From: an uncultured Acidimicrobiaceae bacterium
Lineage (GTDB): Bacteria; Actinomycetota; Acidimicrobiia; Spongiisociales; UBA5794
Length of the DNA stretch: 56,622 nt
Direction of reading: 5' to 3'
NCBI GenBank assembly: GCA_964581295.1
Contig: CAZONX010000002.1
Location: 8,788-65,409, forward strand
Within the stretch, counting starts at the first letter, position 1. Each line of letters opens with the position of its first letter. Positions 9,020-18,403 of this stretch are shown here, piece by piece. The translations under genes and the position numbers were made by a program. The notes beneath the pieces were generated by a model. It was not told the DNA's origin. It searched no databases and saw nothing but the letters and a program-made list of their open reading frames with translations.

Positions 9020-9565
9020 TCAGACTTCGAGGAGCTCTTCTTCTTTGGCCAGAAGGTTTTCGTCGAGCCGCTCAATGTGCTGGTCGGTCATCTCCTGGAG
9101 CGCCTTCTCGGCGCGGCGGATATCGTCTTCTGAGACGTCTTCCGATTCCATCTGGTCCTTGCAGTGCCTGCGAACGTTGCGAATCGCGACGCGTCCATCC
9201 TCGACGAGGTGACGGACCAGGCGAATGAGCTCTTTGCGCCGTTCCTCGGTGAGTGACGGGAAAGCGAGGCGGATCAGATTGCCGTCGTTCGAGGGATTGA
9301 GGCCGAGATCCGCTTCCTGGATTGCCCGTTCGATAGCGGGAATCGCCGTCTTGTCATACGGCTGGATCACCAGCAACCGAGCTTCGGGAACCGAGAAGCC
9401 GGCGATCTGCTGCAGCGGGGTCTGTGTTCCGTAGTAGTCGACGGTGATCCGGTTCAGGAGTCCGGGGTTTGCCCGACCGGTGCGGATGCCTCCGAACTCG
9501 TGGGTGGTGTGCACCACCGCCTGATCCATCTTGTGATCGGCATCTTTCAGCAGGTCGTTGATCAC
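9020..9565 (-). CDS. frr: Ribosome recycling factor
   Basis: 181-aa ORF with typical RRF sequence (RTGRANPGLLNRITVDYYG ... EERRKELIR), in pyrH-frr-cdsA synteny. Confidence 0.97.
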   Translation of the reverse strand: MINDLLKDADHKMDQAVVHTTHEFGGIRTGRANPGLLNRITVDYYGTQTPLQQIAGFSVPEARLLVIQPYDKTAIPAIERAIQEADLGLNPSNDGNLIRLAFPSLTEERRKELIRLVRHLVEDGRVAIRNVRRHCKDQMESEDVSEDDIRRAEKALQEMTDQHIERLDENLLAKEEELLEV

Positions 9566-9574
9566 GGCGCCTCC

Positions 9575-10276
9575 TCAGCGAACCAGGGTCCCGACATCCT
9601 CCCCGCGTACGGCCCTGATTATCTCGCCGGGCCGGTTCATGTTGAACACGCGGATCGGAAGGTTGTTGTCCATGCACATCGTAATGGCCGTGGCATCCAT
9701 CACCCCAAGCTGGCGCTGGATTGCGTCCATATATGCGACATCTCTCAGCAGCGTCGCATCGGGGTTGGTCACGGGATCGGCGTCGTATACGCCGTCAACC
9801 TTCGTCGCCTTGAGCACCGCGGCAGCACCGATTTCTGCGCCTCGCAGTGCGGCCGTGGTATCCGTGGTGAAGAACGGATTGCCCGTTCCTCCAGCGAAGA
9901 TGACCACGCGGCCCTTCTCGAGGTGCCGAATCGCACGCAAGCGGATGTACGGCTCTGCGACCTGCTGAATCGTGATCGCGGTCTGCACGCGGGCGGGGGA
10001 TCCTGCCTGCTCGAGAGCGTCACGCAGCGCCAGAGCATTGATCACGGTCGCGAGCATGCCCATGTAGTCGGCGTTGGCCCGATCCATGTCCCCCGCCGCG
10101 GTCGATACGCCGCGGAAGATGTTGCCGCCGCCAACGACAACACCGATCTCGTAGCCCTCGCCGTGGACGATTGAGATCTCCTCGGCGACGCGGGCGACAA
10201 TGCTCGGGTCGATCCCGTATCCGACCTCCGGGCTGGCAAATGCCTCTCCGGAGAGCTTGAGAACGACCCGACGCAT
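9575..10276 (-). CDS. pyrH: UMP kinase
   Basis: [13 protein letters not shown]-terminus and amino-acid-kinase fold motifs ([10 protein letters not shown]). The start overlaps the tsf stop (TGATG). Confidence 0.97.
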   Translation of the reverse strand: MRRVVLKLSGEAFASPEVGYGIDPSIVARVAEEISIVHGEGYEIGVVVGGGNIFRGVSTAAGDMDRANADYMGMLATVINALALRDALEQAGSPARVQTAITIQQVAEPYIRLRAIRHLEKGRVVIFAGGTGNPFFTTDTTAALRGAEIGAAAVLKATKVDGVYDADPVTNPDATLLRDVAYMDAIQRQLGVMDATAITMCMDNNLPIRVFNMNRPGEIIRAVRGEDVGTLVR

Positions 10277-10893
10277 CAGCCTTCCTCGCCGACGGCGATC
10301 CGAGACATGTTGGTGATACCGATGTTCTCGCCCATCTTTGCAGCAAGTTGCTTGACCAACTCCCCCACCGTTCCATCGAACACGTCGGACTTGATGAACA
10401 CCTGGTCGTAGAGAACGCTGTCGGCGTAGAAGCTGTTAATGCGCCCGTCGACGATTCGCTCCACGATGTTCTCGGGCTTGCCCTCGTTGACGGCCTGCGC
10501 CGCGATGAGGCGCTTCTCTTCAGCCACGACATCTTCGGGCACGTCCTCGCGATTGATCCATTGCGGACGGGCCGCTGCGATGTGCATCGCGAGGTCGTTG
10601 GCGACCTGTTGGAACTCCTCGCTCTTCGCTACGAAGTCCGTCTCGGACGCCAGCGCCACGAGCGATCCGATGACGGGACGCCCCGCCTGGCGGTGCAGGT
10701 ACGAGCCGACGGCGCCCTCGGACTGGGCTCGATCGGTCCGCTTCGCTGCATCGGCGAGGCCCTGCTCACGCAGGAGATCCTTCGCTCGATCGATGTCGCC
10801 GCCGGTCTCGGCCAGGGCGCGTTTCGCGTCCATCATCCCGGCGCCGGTGGCCTGGCGAAGTGTTTGGACGTCTTTTGCAGTGAAGTCGCTCAC
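10276..10893 (-). CDS. tsf: Elongation factor Ts, short (~205 aa) form
   Basis: UBA-like N-terminus ([37 protein letters not shown]). GTG start overlaps the rpsB stop (GTGA). Confidence 0.9.
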   Translation of the reverse strand: MSDFTAKDVQTLRQATGAGMMDAKRALAETGGDIDRAKDLLREQGLADAAKRTDRAQSEGAVGSYLHRQAGRPVIGSLVALASETDFVAKSEEFQQVANDLAMHIAAARPQWINREDVPEDVVAEEKRLIAAQAVNEGKPENIVERIVDGRINSFYADSVLYDQVFIKSDVFDGTVGELVKQLAAKMGENIGITNMSRIAVGEEG

Positions 10894-11759
10894 GCGCCCT
10901 CCTTCGAGTTCGGTGTCTCCTCGATCACCGCGCTCTCAGTGACCGCGTTCTCGGCCTGGATCTCTTCCAGGACGATGACGTCGGTCGGGGGCGCCGGTGT
11001 CGGTTCTGGCTGTGCCTTCGCAGGCTTCGCCTGAGAGGGCTTGTCCTGCTTTGGAGCGTCCTTGCGGCTCGCCTCGCGAAGCTCGCGGCCGTCCTTCGCC
11101 GCTTCTGCGATGACATCGGCGATGAGGTAGGCGGTTCGAATGGCATCGTCGTTGCCGGGAATCACCAGATCGACGGGATCCGGATCGCAGTTCGTGTCGA
11201 CAATCGCGATCACAGGGATCTTCAGACGGTTGGCTTCCGCAACGGCGATGTGCTCCTCAATGACGTCGATCACGAAGACGACGTCCGGCGGGCGCTTCAT
11301 GTCTCGGACACCGCCGAGCACCATGTGGAGCTTCTCCAACTCCCTGCGGAGGCGGAGGCGTTCCTTCTTGGGCAGCGACTCCATCTCGCCCGACGTCTCC
11401 ATCTGCTCGAGTTCGAGCATGTAGAGGATGCGCTTGTGGATCGTCTGGAAGTTGGTGAGCATTCCGCCGAGCCAACGATTGTTGACGAACGGCATGCCGG
11501 CCTTTGTGGCCGCTTCCTCGATCGCACCCTGCGACTGCTTCTTGGTGCCGACGAACAGCACCGTTCCGCCGTCGATCACCGCATCGCGTACGAGGTTGTA
11601 GGCCGATCCGGCCTGCTCAAGGGTCTGTCGCAGGTCGACGATGTGGATACCGTTGCGCTCGGTGAAGATGTACGGACGCATCTTCGGATTCCAACGGCGG
11701 GTCTGGTGGCCGAAGTGCATTCCGGCCTCGAGCAGCTGACGCATACTCACCACGGACAT
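10890..11759 (-). CDS. rpsB: 30S ribosomal protein S2 with Pro/Lys-rich and acidic C-terminal tail
   Basis: [23 protein letters not shown]-terminus; 289 aa; tail from about aa 235. Confidence 0.97.
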   Translation of the reverse strand: MSVVSMRQLLEAGMHFGHQTRRWNPKMRPYIFTERNGIHIVDLRQTLEQAGSAYNLVRDAVIDGGTVLFVGTKKQSQGAIEEAATKAGMPFVNNRWLGGMLTNFQTIHKRILYMLELEQMETSGEMESLPKKERLRLRRELEKLHMVLGGVRDMKRPPDVVFVIDVIEEHIAVAEANRLKIPVIAIVDTNCDPDPVDLVIPGNDDAIRTAYLIADVIAEAAKDGRELREASRKDAPKQDKPSQAKPAKAQPEPTPAPPTDVIVLEEIQAENAVTESAVIEETPNSKEGA

Positions 11760-11913
11760 GTGGTTCCTCCTGTGTTCGGGTTCACGCCTCCGCCCACCCG
11801 GAACACCCCACAGAACGCCTAGGCGATCCGACCTCGGGGGCTTGTAGTGGACGTGCGAAGTTGGAGGAAGTGTACCGATCGATCACCGGTAGCAGGAAAT
11901 CGCGGTGCCCCTA

Positions 11914-12702
11914 CTAGAACGACGGTTCGATGAACCGATTCCGGAGGCTGAGGACCGCTTTGGTGTGGATCTGGCACACCCGCGATTCGGTGACGTTGAG
12001 CACCGTGCCGATCTCGGACAGGGTGAGCCCCTCGAAGTAGTACAACGTCACGACCAGCCGGTCCCGCTCGGGCAAGCGATTGATCGAGTCGGCAAGGAGA
12101 TAGCGGGTCTCTTCTCGTTCGAACGATCCGCTGGGATCGAACGCTGCGACATCGGGCACGATGTCACCAACTGCGGCTGAGTCGCGCTCGTCGGGATTGA
12201 GGAGCTCATCGAGAGCGACGAAACCGAGCGTCGACAGCTCGCCGAGCTGGTCGCGCAGCGTCTCGATCGACATGTCCATGTGATCGGCGAGCTCTTGCTC
12301 GGTCGCGGATCGCTGCAGACCGTGTTCGAGCTCCGACATTGAACGCTGTATTTCGCGAGCTCGGGCCCGGACCGAGCGAGGCACCCAGTCGAGGGCGCGC
12401 AACTCGTCGAGGATGGCTCCCTTGATGCGGTTCACGGCGTAGGTCTCGAACTTGTAGCCGCGCTCTGGCTCGAACTTGTCGATCGCGTCGATCAACCCGA
12501 ACGTCCCGTAGGACACCAGGTCGCCCGGGTCGACATTTCTCGGCAGTCCCGAACCGAGGCGCCCGGCGACGAACTTCACGAGCGGCGAGAAATGGAGAAT
12601 CAGACCCTCTCGGGCGCGCTGGTCACCGTCACTCTTGAATCGCTCCCAGAGTGCGGCAAGTTCGTCTTCGCCTCGCTCATGCACGTGGGTGACTCCGCTC
12701 AT
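11914..12702 (-). CDS. RNA polymerase sigma factor, FliA/WhiG (sigma-28) family
   Basis: 262 aa with region 2 (FETYAVNRIKGAILDELR) and a region 4.2 HTH (LTLSEIGTVLNVTESRVCQIHTKAV). Sits between xerC and rpsB, as I recall whiG does in Streptomyces. The start overlaps the xerC stop. Confidence 0.85.
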   Translation of the reverse strand: MSGVTHVHERGEDELAALWERFKSDGDQRAREGLILHFSPLVKFVAGRLGSGLPRNVDPGDLVSYGTFGLIDAIDKFEPERGYKFETYAVNRIKGAILDELRALDWVPRSVRARAREIQRSMSELEHGLQRSATEQELADHMDMSIETLRDQLGELSTLGFVALDELLNPDERDSAAVGDIVPDVAAFDPSGSFEREETRYLLADSINRLPERDRLVVTLYYFEGLTLSEIGTVLNVTESRVCQIHTKAVLSLRNRFIEPSF

Positions 12703-13555
12703 ATGTGTTCCTCAGGTGCTCCCGAGTGATCTCAGTGTAGATCTGCGTCGTCGCCAGTTCGGTATGTCCGAGAAGATCTTGCACACTTCGCAAGTCGGCG
12801 CCACCTTCGAGCAGGTGCGTGGCGTACGAGTGGCGTAGCGCGTGGGGGTGGGTTCCCAGCCGGTCGCGCACGACCCTGCGAACGCCTCGCGGGCCCAGCG
12901 GACCTCCGCGAACGCCCAGCCACAACGCATCTCCGCTCCCGGGTCCCGCAAGTGCCGGCCGGCCGGTCTCGAGATAGCGGCGGGTCGTCCGAGCGGCCTG
13001 TTCCCCAATGGGTACGGCCCGATCCTTGTCTCCCTTGCCCCTGACCCGCAGGAAGGTCGCGACCTCGACATCGCGTACGGTCATCGCCGCGAACTCGGAG
13101 ACCCTCAACCCGGTCCCGTACAGAACCTCGAGCAACGCACGGTCGCGCAAATCCACCGGGTCGGTGCCGTCGAGATTGTCGAGGAATCGGTTCAGCGTGC
13201 CGGCCGGAACCGACTTCGGGAGCGTCCCGGGTCGCTTCGGCTGTGGCACACCGGAAGCCGGATTCGCGGAGATGGCTCCCCTCCTCGCCGCATCGGCGAG
13301 GAACGAGCGGACCGCCGAAGCCTTGCGAGCGACCGAGCGGCGTGAATAGTGAAGCGTGGCAAGTTGCGCCAGGAAGCGGCGAACGGTGCGCCGGTCGATG
13401 TCGCCGAGGCAGTCAATGCCGAGCCGATCGCACAACGCTGCGAACTGGCCGAGGTCGCGCCGATAGGCGTCGATGGTGTTTGAGGCGAGACCGCGCTCGG
13501 CATCGAGCCGCACGAGATACGCGTCCACGGCCGCGTCGATACCACCGCTGTTCAT
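12677..13555 (-). CDS. xerC: Tyrosine recombinase XerC
   Basis: Internal ATG 13555 (MNSGGIDAAVDAYL) chosen over the 339-aa ORF. Catalytic region HALRHSYATHLLEGGADLRSVQDLLGHTELATTQIYT. Housekeeping synteny with dprA. Confidence 0.9.
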   Translation of the reverse strand: MNSGGIDAAVDAYLVRLDAERGLASNTIDAYRRDLGQFAALCDRLGIDCLGDIDRRTVRRFLAQLATLHYSRRSVARKASAVRSFLADAARRGAISANPASGVPQPKRPGTLPKSVPAGTLNRFLDNLDGTDPVDLRDRALLEVLYGTGLRVSEFAAMTVRDVEVATFLRVRGKGDKDRAVPIGEQAARTTRRYLETGRPALAGPGSGDALWLGVRGGPLGPRGVRRVVRDRLGTHPHALRHSYATHLLEGGADLRSVQDLLGHTELATTQIYTEITREHLRNTYERSHPRA

Positions 13556-13586
13556 CACTCCATGCTTGTGACATCGCGCGCGAAGG

Positions 13587-14480
13587 TCAACAACCGGCGC
13601 CGTCGTCTGGGCTGCCCCGTTCCGCAATGCCGGCGAGCCCGTAGACGAGATCCAGTTCCTGCACCAGATCCTCGGGGTCGAACACTGGGAACGCACCGTC
13701 CCGGATCAGCCGATTCGTCCCCTCCGAGGACGCCCGATCGACGTCACCCGGCATGGCGAAGACGGGAATCCCATATTCGGCGGCCTTGACGGCCGTGATC
13801 AATGCTCCCCCGGTCATACCCGCCTCCACGACCACGACGGCAGCCGACAACCCGGCGATAATCCGATTGCGAGGTGGAAACCGCCACGCATCGGGCCGGC
13901 TTCCCGGTGGGTACTCGGAGACGATCGCTCCCCCGCATTCGAGGATCTGGTCGCCAAGGCGACGGTGCTCTCGCGGGTAGGTGACATCGATGCCGCAGCC
14001 GAGCACGGCGACACCTCGACCGCCGGCCCGCACCATCCCGCGGTGAGCTGCGCCGTCGATGCCGCGAGCGAGGCCCGACACCACCGGCCAACCGATCTCG
14101 GCCGCGGCGCGACCGTAGGCCTCCGCGAGTTCGAGTCCATAGGCCGTGCATCGTCGTGTCCCGACGATCCCGACCCCGGGTACCGACGGGAGACAACCGC
14201 GAATGAAGATCAAGTCGGGGGCGTCTTCGAAGCGATCGAGGTGCGAGGGATACGCTGCCTCACCCCGGAGCACGACGTCGATGCCGAGATCGCGAAGCTC
14301 GGCTTCGCGTTGTTGGGCTGGGATCGCGAGGCTTTCCCGGATGGCATCAGATGCCTTCACTCGTCGCCGATCGATCGCCTCAATCGCCCCGATCGGACCG
14401 CCATATTGCTCGCACAGCGACCGGATGCGCTCGGGATGCAGCCCGGAGCAGGCAAGGCGGAGGTGGTGGGCGTTGCTCAC
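13587..14480 (-). CDS. dprA: DNA-processing protein DprA/Smf
   Basis: Rossmann-like DprA core (GIVGTRRCTAYG ... VSGLARGIDGAAHRG ... VVVEAGMTGGALITA). GTG 14480 overlaps the comM stop (GTGA). Confidence 0.85.
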   Translation of the reverse strand: MSNAHHLRLACSGLHPERIRSLCEQYGGPIGAIEAIDRRRVKASDAIRESLAIPAQQREAELRDLGIDVVLRGEAAYPSHLDRFEDAPDLIFIRGCLPSVPGVGIVGTRRCTAYGLELAEAYGRAAAEIGWPVVSGLARGIDGAAHRGMVRAGGRGVAVLGCGIDVTYPREHRRLGDQILECGGAIVSEYPPGSRPDAWRFPPRNRIIAGLSAAVVVVEAGMTGGALITAVKAAEYGIPVFAMPGDVDRASSEGTNRLIRDGAFPVFDPEDLVQELDLVYGLAGIAERGSPDDGAGC

Positions 14481-15949
14481 ACCGTCACCCGCATGGTGAG
14501 CGCCGACTCGATGTGGGCGCCGTCGACGGGACCCGATCCCTCGAGGTCGGCCACGGTGCGAGCGACTCGTCGGATCCGATCCCATCCCCGAGCCGTCAGT
14601 CGATCCCCCTCTGCTGCTCCAACGAGACAGCGGAGCGCAGCGTCGGTCCATTCGAGGGCATCGAGGTCACCGCGACCGAGCTCGCGGTTGAGGCGTCCGC
14701 GCTCGTCGAATTGCCTTCGTCGGGCAGCGGTGACGCGCTCTCGTACCGCCTCGGATGGCTCGCCCTTCGGCCCGGAGAGCTCCGACACCCGCAGGCGCGG
14801 CACATCGACCTGGAGATCGAACCGATCCGACAATGGTCCCGAGAATCGGCGGCGATAGCGGGCCTTCATGCCCGCCTCGCATGCGCACGAATCCAGGCGA
14901 TCCCCTTCGTACCCGCATGGGCACGGATTCGTGGCCGCTAGGACCTGTATCTCGCACGGGAACTCCACGGTCGCACCTTGCCGGGCCACCACCACGCTGC
15001 CGTCTTCGATTGGCGTGCGGAGTGCGTCGAGGAGGTGGGGCGGGAACTCGCCCAGCTCGTCGAGGAACAGGACGCCGCGATGGGCGAGCACCGTTTCACC
15101 CGGTGTCGGCACCCCGCTCCCCCCGCCGATGAATGCCGCCATCGACGCCGAATGGTGCGGCGCGCGGAACGGCGGTAGGAGTGGATCAGTGCGAGCACGG
15201 CCGGCGGCCGCCCAGACCAGCGCCACCTCGTGCGCTTCCCGATCGTCCAGCGGCGGCAACAACCCGGGCATCGTGCGGGCCAGCATCGTCTTGCCAGAGC
15301 CGGGCGCGCCGCGAATTAGCAGATGGTGGCCGCCGGCCGCCGACACCTCGAGCGCTGCCCGGGCGATCGGCTGGCCTCGGACCTCGGCGAGGTCGGGAAC
15401 GTCGACTCGCCCCGCAGCGATCGGTTCGATCTCATCGCCAGGATCCAGGCCGCGCGCAACCTGCATGGCGTGGGCGAGCGAGCGCACCGCCCGGACACCG
15501 AGATCGTGCCAGCCTGCCGTCTCGGCGGCAGACCGAACGGGGAGGAGGCACGGCATTCCGAGGTCACGTGCGACGAGCGCAGCGCCGAGACCTCCCCGGG
15601 CAGGCCGCACCGAGCCGTCGAGGGCGAGTTCGCCGAGAGCAACCACATCGGTCGCCCCTGCGGGGAGGTTCCCGTTCGCTGCGAGCACGCCCAACGCAAT
15701 CGGCAGGTCGTAGGCGGATCCGACCTTGGGCAGATCGGCCGGCGACAGGTTCACGACGACGCGTTTCGACGGGAAGAAGTTCGACGTGGACGCGAACGCC
15801 GCCCGCACCCGCTCCTTGGCCTCTCGCACCGCGGCATCGGGAAGTCCGACAATGACGAATCCCTTCGAGCTGCCGCCAACATGCGCTTCAACGCGCACCG
15901 GGTGCGGCTCGACCCCAATGATGGCGCTCGATGTGATGGTCGCGTTCAT
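14477..15949 (-). CDS. comM: Mg-chelatase-like AAA+ ATPase YifB/ComM
   Basis: Internal ATG 15949 (MNATITSSAIIGVEPHPVRVE). Walker A GAPGSGKTMLAR. The ~113 upstream codons of the ORF-track ORF look non-coding. Confidence 0.9.
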   Translation of the reverse strand: MNATITSSAIIGVEPHPVRVEAHVGGSSKGFVIVGLPDAAVREAKERVRAAFASTSNFFPSKRVVVNLSPADLPKVGSAYDLPIALGVLAANGNLPAGATDVVALGELALDGSVRPARGGLGAALVARDLGMPCLLPVRSAAETAGWHDLGVRAVRSLAHAMQVARGLDPGDEIEPIAAGRVDVPDLAEVRGQPIARAALEVSAAGGHHLLIRGAPGSGKTMLARTMPGLLPPLDDREAHEVALVWAAAGRARTDPLLPPFRAPHHSASMAAFIGGGSGVPTPGETVLAHRGVLFLDELGEFPPHLLDALRTPIEDGSVVVARQGATVEFPCEIQVLAATNPCPCGYEGDRLDSCACEAGMKARYRRRFSGPLSDRFDLQVDVPRLRVSELSGPKGEPSEAVRERVTAARRRQFDERGRLNRELGRGDLDALEWTDAALRCLVGAAEGDRLTARGWDRIRRVARTVADLEGSGPVDGAHIESALTMRVTV

Positions 15950-16240
15950 TGGTGCACCGTATGTCGGCGGTGTGACGCGAACTAGAGGGTCGACATTCGA
16001 AGCACGAACGAACGCCGGCAAGCGTCGACCCGAAACGGCTCGTCGGCTCCGCTGCGAGATTGGCCCTTCCGCTCCGCACGATCGTCTGGAAGGATGGCGT
16101 TGTGTTGAGACATCGTCACCGCTGCGCGGGTCGACCATGACGGGACTCGCCTGGCAGGAGGTCCCGGGGGGTTGGCCTGCGGCGCCTACCGCGTGCGCCG
16201 CCTTCCCCGGTCGTCTGATCAGCGCTGGGAACTTCAGATC

Positions 16241-16666
16241 ATGCGCCGCAGGCCCGGCTGGGAGCAGGAACACGCGACGTCGACACATCGCTCAATCCGC
16301 GCCGCGGTCGTTCGGGCGGAAACCCACGAACGGCACCGGCTGAGGAACCTCAGCCTTCAGATCAACCTGGCCGCATCGCTGGTCGCAGCAATCGCCGGGC
16401 TGACCGTGATCGTCTACCTGTGGACGAGCATCATCGGTCTCGTCGCGTGGATCGGCCTGTTTGCCCTCGCCGTGCGGTTCCTTGCCAACGCGCTCGATGT
16501 CCTCGACGCATCAAAGCCGGACCGCAGCGCGCGGGGAGTCGATCGGCACGCGGCAATCCAGCGCTGGGTTCGGGTCGACTCGCTCGTGCCGCCATTGCGC
16601 ACTCCGTCGAGTCGTACCGCGTCCGCCGAAGAGTCGAGCATTCGGATGCTCGATCCAGTCGAGTAG
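16241..16666 (+). CDS. Hypothetical membrane protein (two predicted TM helices)
   Basis: High GC3 in this frame. Hydrophobic stretch LAASLVAAIAGLTVIVYLWTSIIGLVAWIGLFALAVRFL. Start is uncertain and I recognise no family. Confidence 0.4.
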   Translation: MRRRPGWEQEHATSTHRSIRAAVVRAETHERHRLRNLSLQINLAASLVAAIAGLTVIVYLWTSIIGLVAWIGLFALAVRFLANALDVLDASKPDRSARGVDRHAAIQRWVRVDSLVPPLRTPSSRTASAEESSIRMLDPVE

Positions 16667-16699
16667 CGGGCCAGCTTCTCTGATCGGAGGCGCTCTCTC

Positions 16700-16942
16700 C
16701 TAGGCATCCTCCCCCGACTTGGCCTGGTCCGCCTCGGTCTGCTCGGTGACCTCCTGATCGACGACATGCGTGATCGATGGCTGGTAGATCTCCTCGAAGA
16801 GACCAAGTGAGCGCGGTGGCGGGCGGTCCTTCGTTCGGTAGTAGACCCAACCGCGGCGTTCGGCCCAGGTGAGGGCGAAGTGTCCACCGACCACGATGGT
16901 GGCGATGGCGAGGACCACGCCGGAGAGTGCGAGCCACAGCAT
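16700..16942 (-). CDS. Hypothetical small membrane protein with acidic C-terminus
   Basis: Internal ATG 16942 (MLWLALSGVVLAIATIVVGG), one TM helix, then a charged tail. Lies directly downstream of the crotonase gene. Confidence 0.45.
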   Translation of the reverse strand: MLWLALSGVVLAIATIVVGGHFALTWAERRGWVYYRTKDRPPPRSLGLFEEIYQPSITHVVDQEVTEQTEADQAKSGEDA

Positions 16943-16988
16943 GGGTTCATGATCGCATGGAGCGACCGATAGAACGCCGGCGGAAGCG

Positions 16989-17765
16989 TCAGCGACCCTT
17001 GAACTCCGGAGGCCGCTTCTGGAAGAACGCCGCAGCGCCTTCGAACAGGTCCTCTGAGCCAAGCAGCGTCGCTTGCGACTGTTCCTCGAACGCGAGTGCC
17101 TGCTCGAACGTCATGCTGGACGACCGGTCGAGCGCCGTCTTGATGAACCGCTGCGCCAGCGGGGCACCGTCCGCCAAGGCCTCAGCGGTATTTGTCGCGG
17201 CACGCTCGAGATCGTCGGTGCCAACCAACGAAGTCACCAGACCGATGGCAAGCGCCTCCTCTGCCTCGACGATCCGCCCAGACAGCGAGATCTCACGGGC
17301 TCGAGCAAGGCCGACAAGGCGTGGCAGAAGCCACGTACCTCCGAAGTCGAGCGTGAGCCCGCGCTTCACAAAGATCTCGGCGAAACGGGCACGATCGGTC
17401 GCGATCACGATGTCGCACCCCAGGGCCAGGTTCATCCCGGCGCCGACCGCAACCCCGTCCACCGCCGCAATGGTTGGCTTGGTGATCCGGTGCAGAGCAA
17501 GGGCGGCTCGGTTCGGGTGCTGCATGTACTCAACGTTCGCCGCCGGTGTCCCGAAGCCCGAGAAGTCAGCGCCCAAGTCGGCGCCGGCACAGAAGTCGCC
17601 GTCGGCACCGGTGAGCACAACAACCCGCTGGTCAGAACGCTCGAATGCCTCGCATGCGGTAGCGAGTTCGTCCCATCCCGCCTTCGGCACGGCGTTCTTG
17701 GCCCCCGGCGAAGACATCGTCAGCCATCGAACCCTCCCCTGGTCCACAGCGGTGACAAATGACAT
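16989..17765 (-). CDS. Enoyl-CoA hydratase/isomerase (crotonase) family protein
   Basis: 258 aa with VVVLTGADGDFCAGADLG and the ...GAGMNLALGCD... crotonase oxyanion-hole motifs. Confidence 0.9.
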   Translation of the reverse strand: MSFVTAVDQGRVRWLTMSSPGAKNAVPKAGWDELATACEAFERSDQRVVVLTGADGDFCAGADLGADFSGFGTPAANVEYMQHPNRAALALHRITKPTIAAVDGVAVGAGMNLALGCDIVIATDRARFAEIFVKRGLTLDFGGTWLLPRLVGLARAREISLSGRIVEAEEALAIGLVTSLVGTDDLERAATNTAEALADGAPLAQRFIKTALDRSSSMTFEQALAFEEQSQATLLGSEDLFEGAAAFFQKRPPEFKGR

Positions 17766-18086
17766 GGCGCGAACCTAGCAGCGGGATGGTCGCGCGGGCG
17801 TGGTGGACCTCATCTTCACAATCCAGACTCCCAGGCCACCCCCTCCGCCACAAGTGTCCACCATGTCTCCGAACACATCCCCATCATCACCCCGGTCCGT
17901 GCAACAGGTGGGAGAGACGCGGACGAGCTGATGCTCGTCCGCAGAGAGGGCACCGAGCGAGGCCTCATCTGCCCGATCAGAGCTCCCAATCCGCCCCTCC
18001 GCTCCGCTCCGGCCATCCGACGGGATGCTCGCGCCTCCCCAACACTGCGTGCGAGGGAGGCGAGGAAGTGCGCTACGTTGTCCGAC

Positions 18087-18197
18087 ATGGGGTTCAATCC
18101 ATTTCGGAACCAGAAGCGATCGGCGACTGACATCGCGCTGGTGGTCGTTTTTGTGCTGCTGACCCTGGCCGTCGTCGCGTGGGGGTTCTTCGGGTGA
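18087..18197 (+). CDS. Putative 36-aa single-TM peptide
   Basis: MGFNPFRNQKRSATDIALVVVFVLLTLAVVAWGFFG. Its stop overlaps a GTG of the next ORF (GTGA). No clear SD, so this is tentative. Confidence 0.3.
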   Translation: MGFNPFRNQKRSATDIALVVVFVLLTLAVVAWGFFG

Positions 18198-18403
18198 TCC
18201 TCGACGACGAATCGGTCCACCCGATCCAGCCGTACCAAGCGCACAAGGCCTACGTGTGCCCCGGATGCGACTTGTGGATCGAGCCCGGTGTCGGCCACGT
18301 GGTCGTCGTGCCCAGACTCGAACCCGATCTCCGCCGCCACTGGCATCGCGGCTGTTGGTTCAAGGAACTGCGGCGTCGGTACGGCTCAGCCAACATCGGG
18401 TAG
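18194..18403 (+). CDS. Small putative zinc-binding protein (CPGC ... HWHRGC)
   Basis: High-GC3 ORF with four potential metal ligands. Start is GTG 18194 or 18179. The 3' end overlaps convergent yraN by 18 nt. Confidence 0.5.
   Translation: MILDDESVHPIQPYQAHKAYVCPGCDLWIEPGVGHVVVVPRLEPDLRRHWHRGCWFKELRRRYGSANIG

Noticed and set aside
8060-9133. 357-aa Ser-rich plus-strand ORF (and 7951-8832), considered as a possible secreted repeat protein.
   Set aside because: It is the antisense or shifted reading of the Asp/Glu-rich cdsA extension (GAC/GAG/GAA codons). Its composition is a direct artefact of that low-complexity region.
11760-11913. rpsB 5' leader hairpin (GTTCGGGT...ACCCGGAAC, about 11774-11803) as a known S2 autoregulatory leader.
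   Set aside because: A stem next to the SD is visible, but I cannot match it to the described rpsB leader motif from sequence alone. It is left as an unassigned leader.
12677-13555. Tyrosine recombinase considered as the marker of an integrated mobile element.
   Set aside because: The sequence and the synteny (dprA-xerC near rpsB) fit housekeeping XerC. There is no adjacent tRNA, att-like repeat, or phage or transposon genes.
15950-16288. N-terminal 113-codon extension of comM (ORF-track start 16288). Similar extensions occur on xerC (to 13696), dprA (to 14651), plsX (to 48992), fabI (to 56433), rplS (to 20985) and rimM (to 34653).
   Set aside because: The extensions are Arg/Pro-rich and unconserved in appearance, and they would overlap upstream genes. 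Internal starts give canonical N-termini and tidy 1-4 nt couplings.
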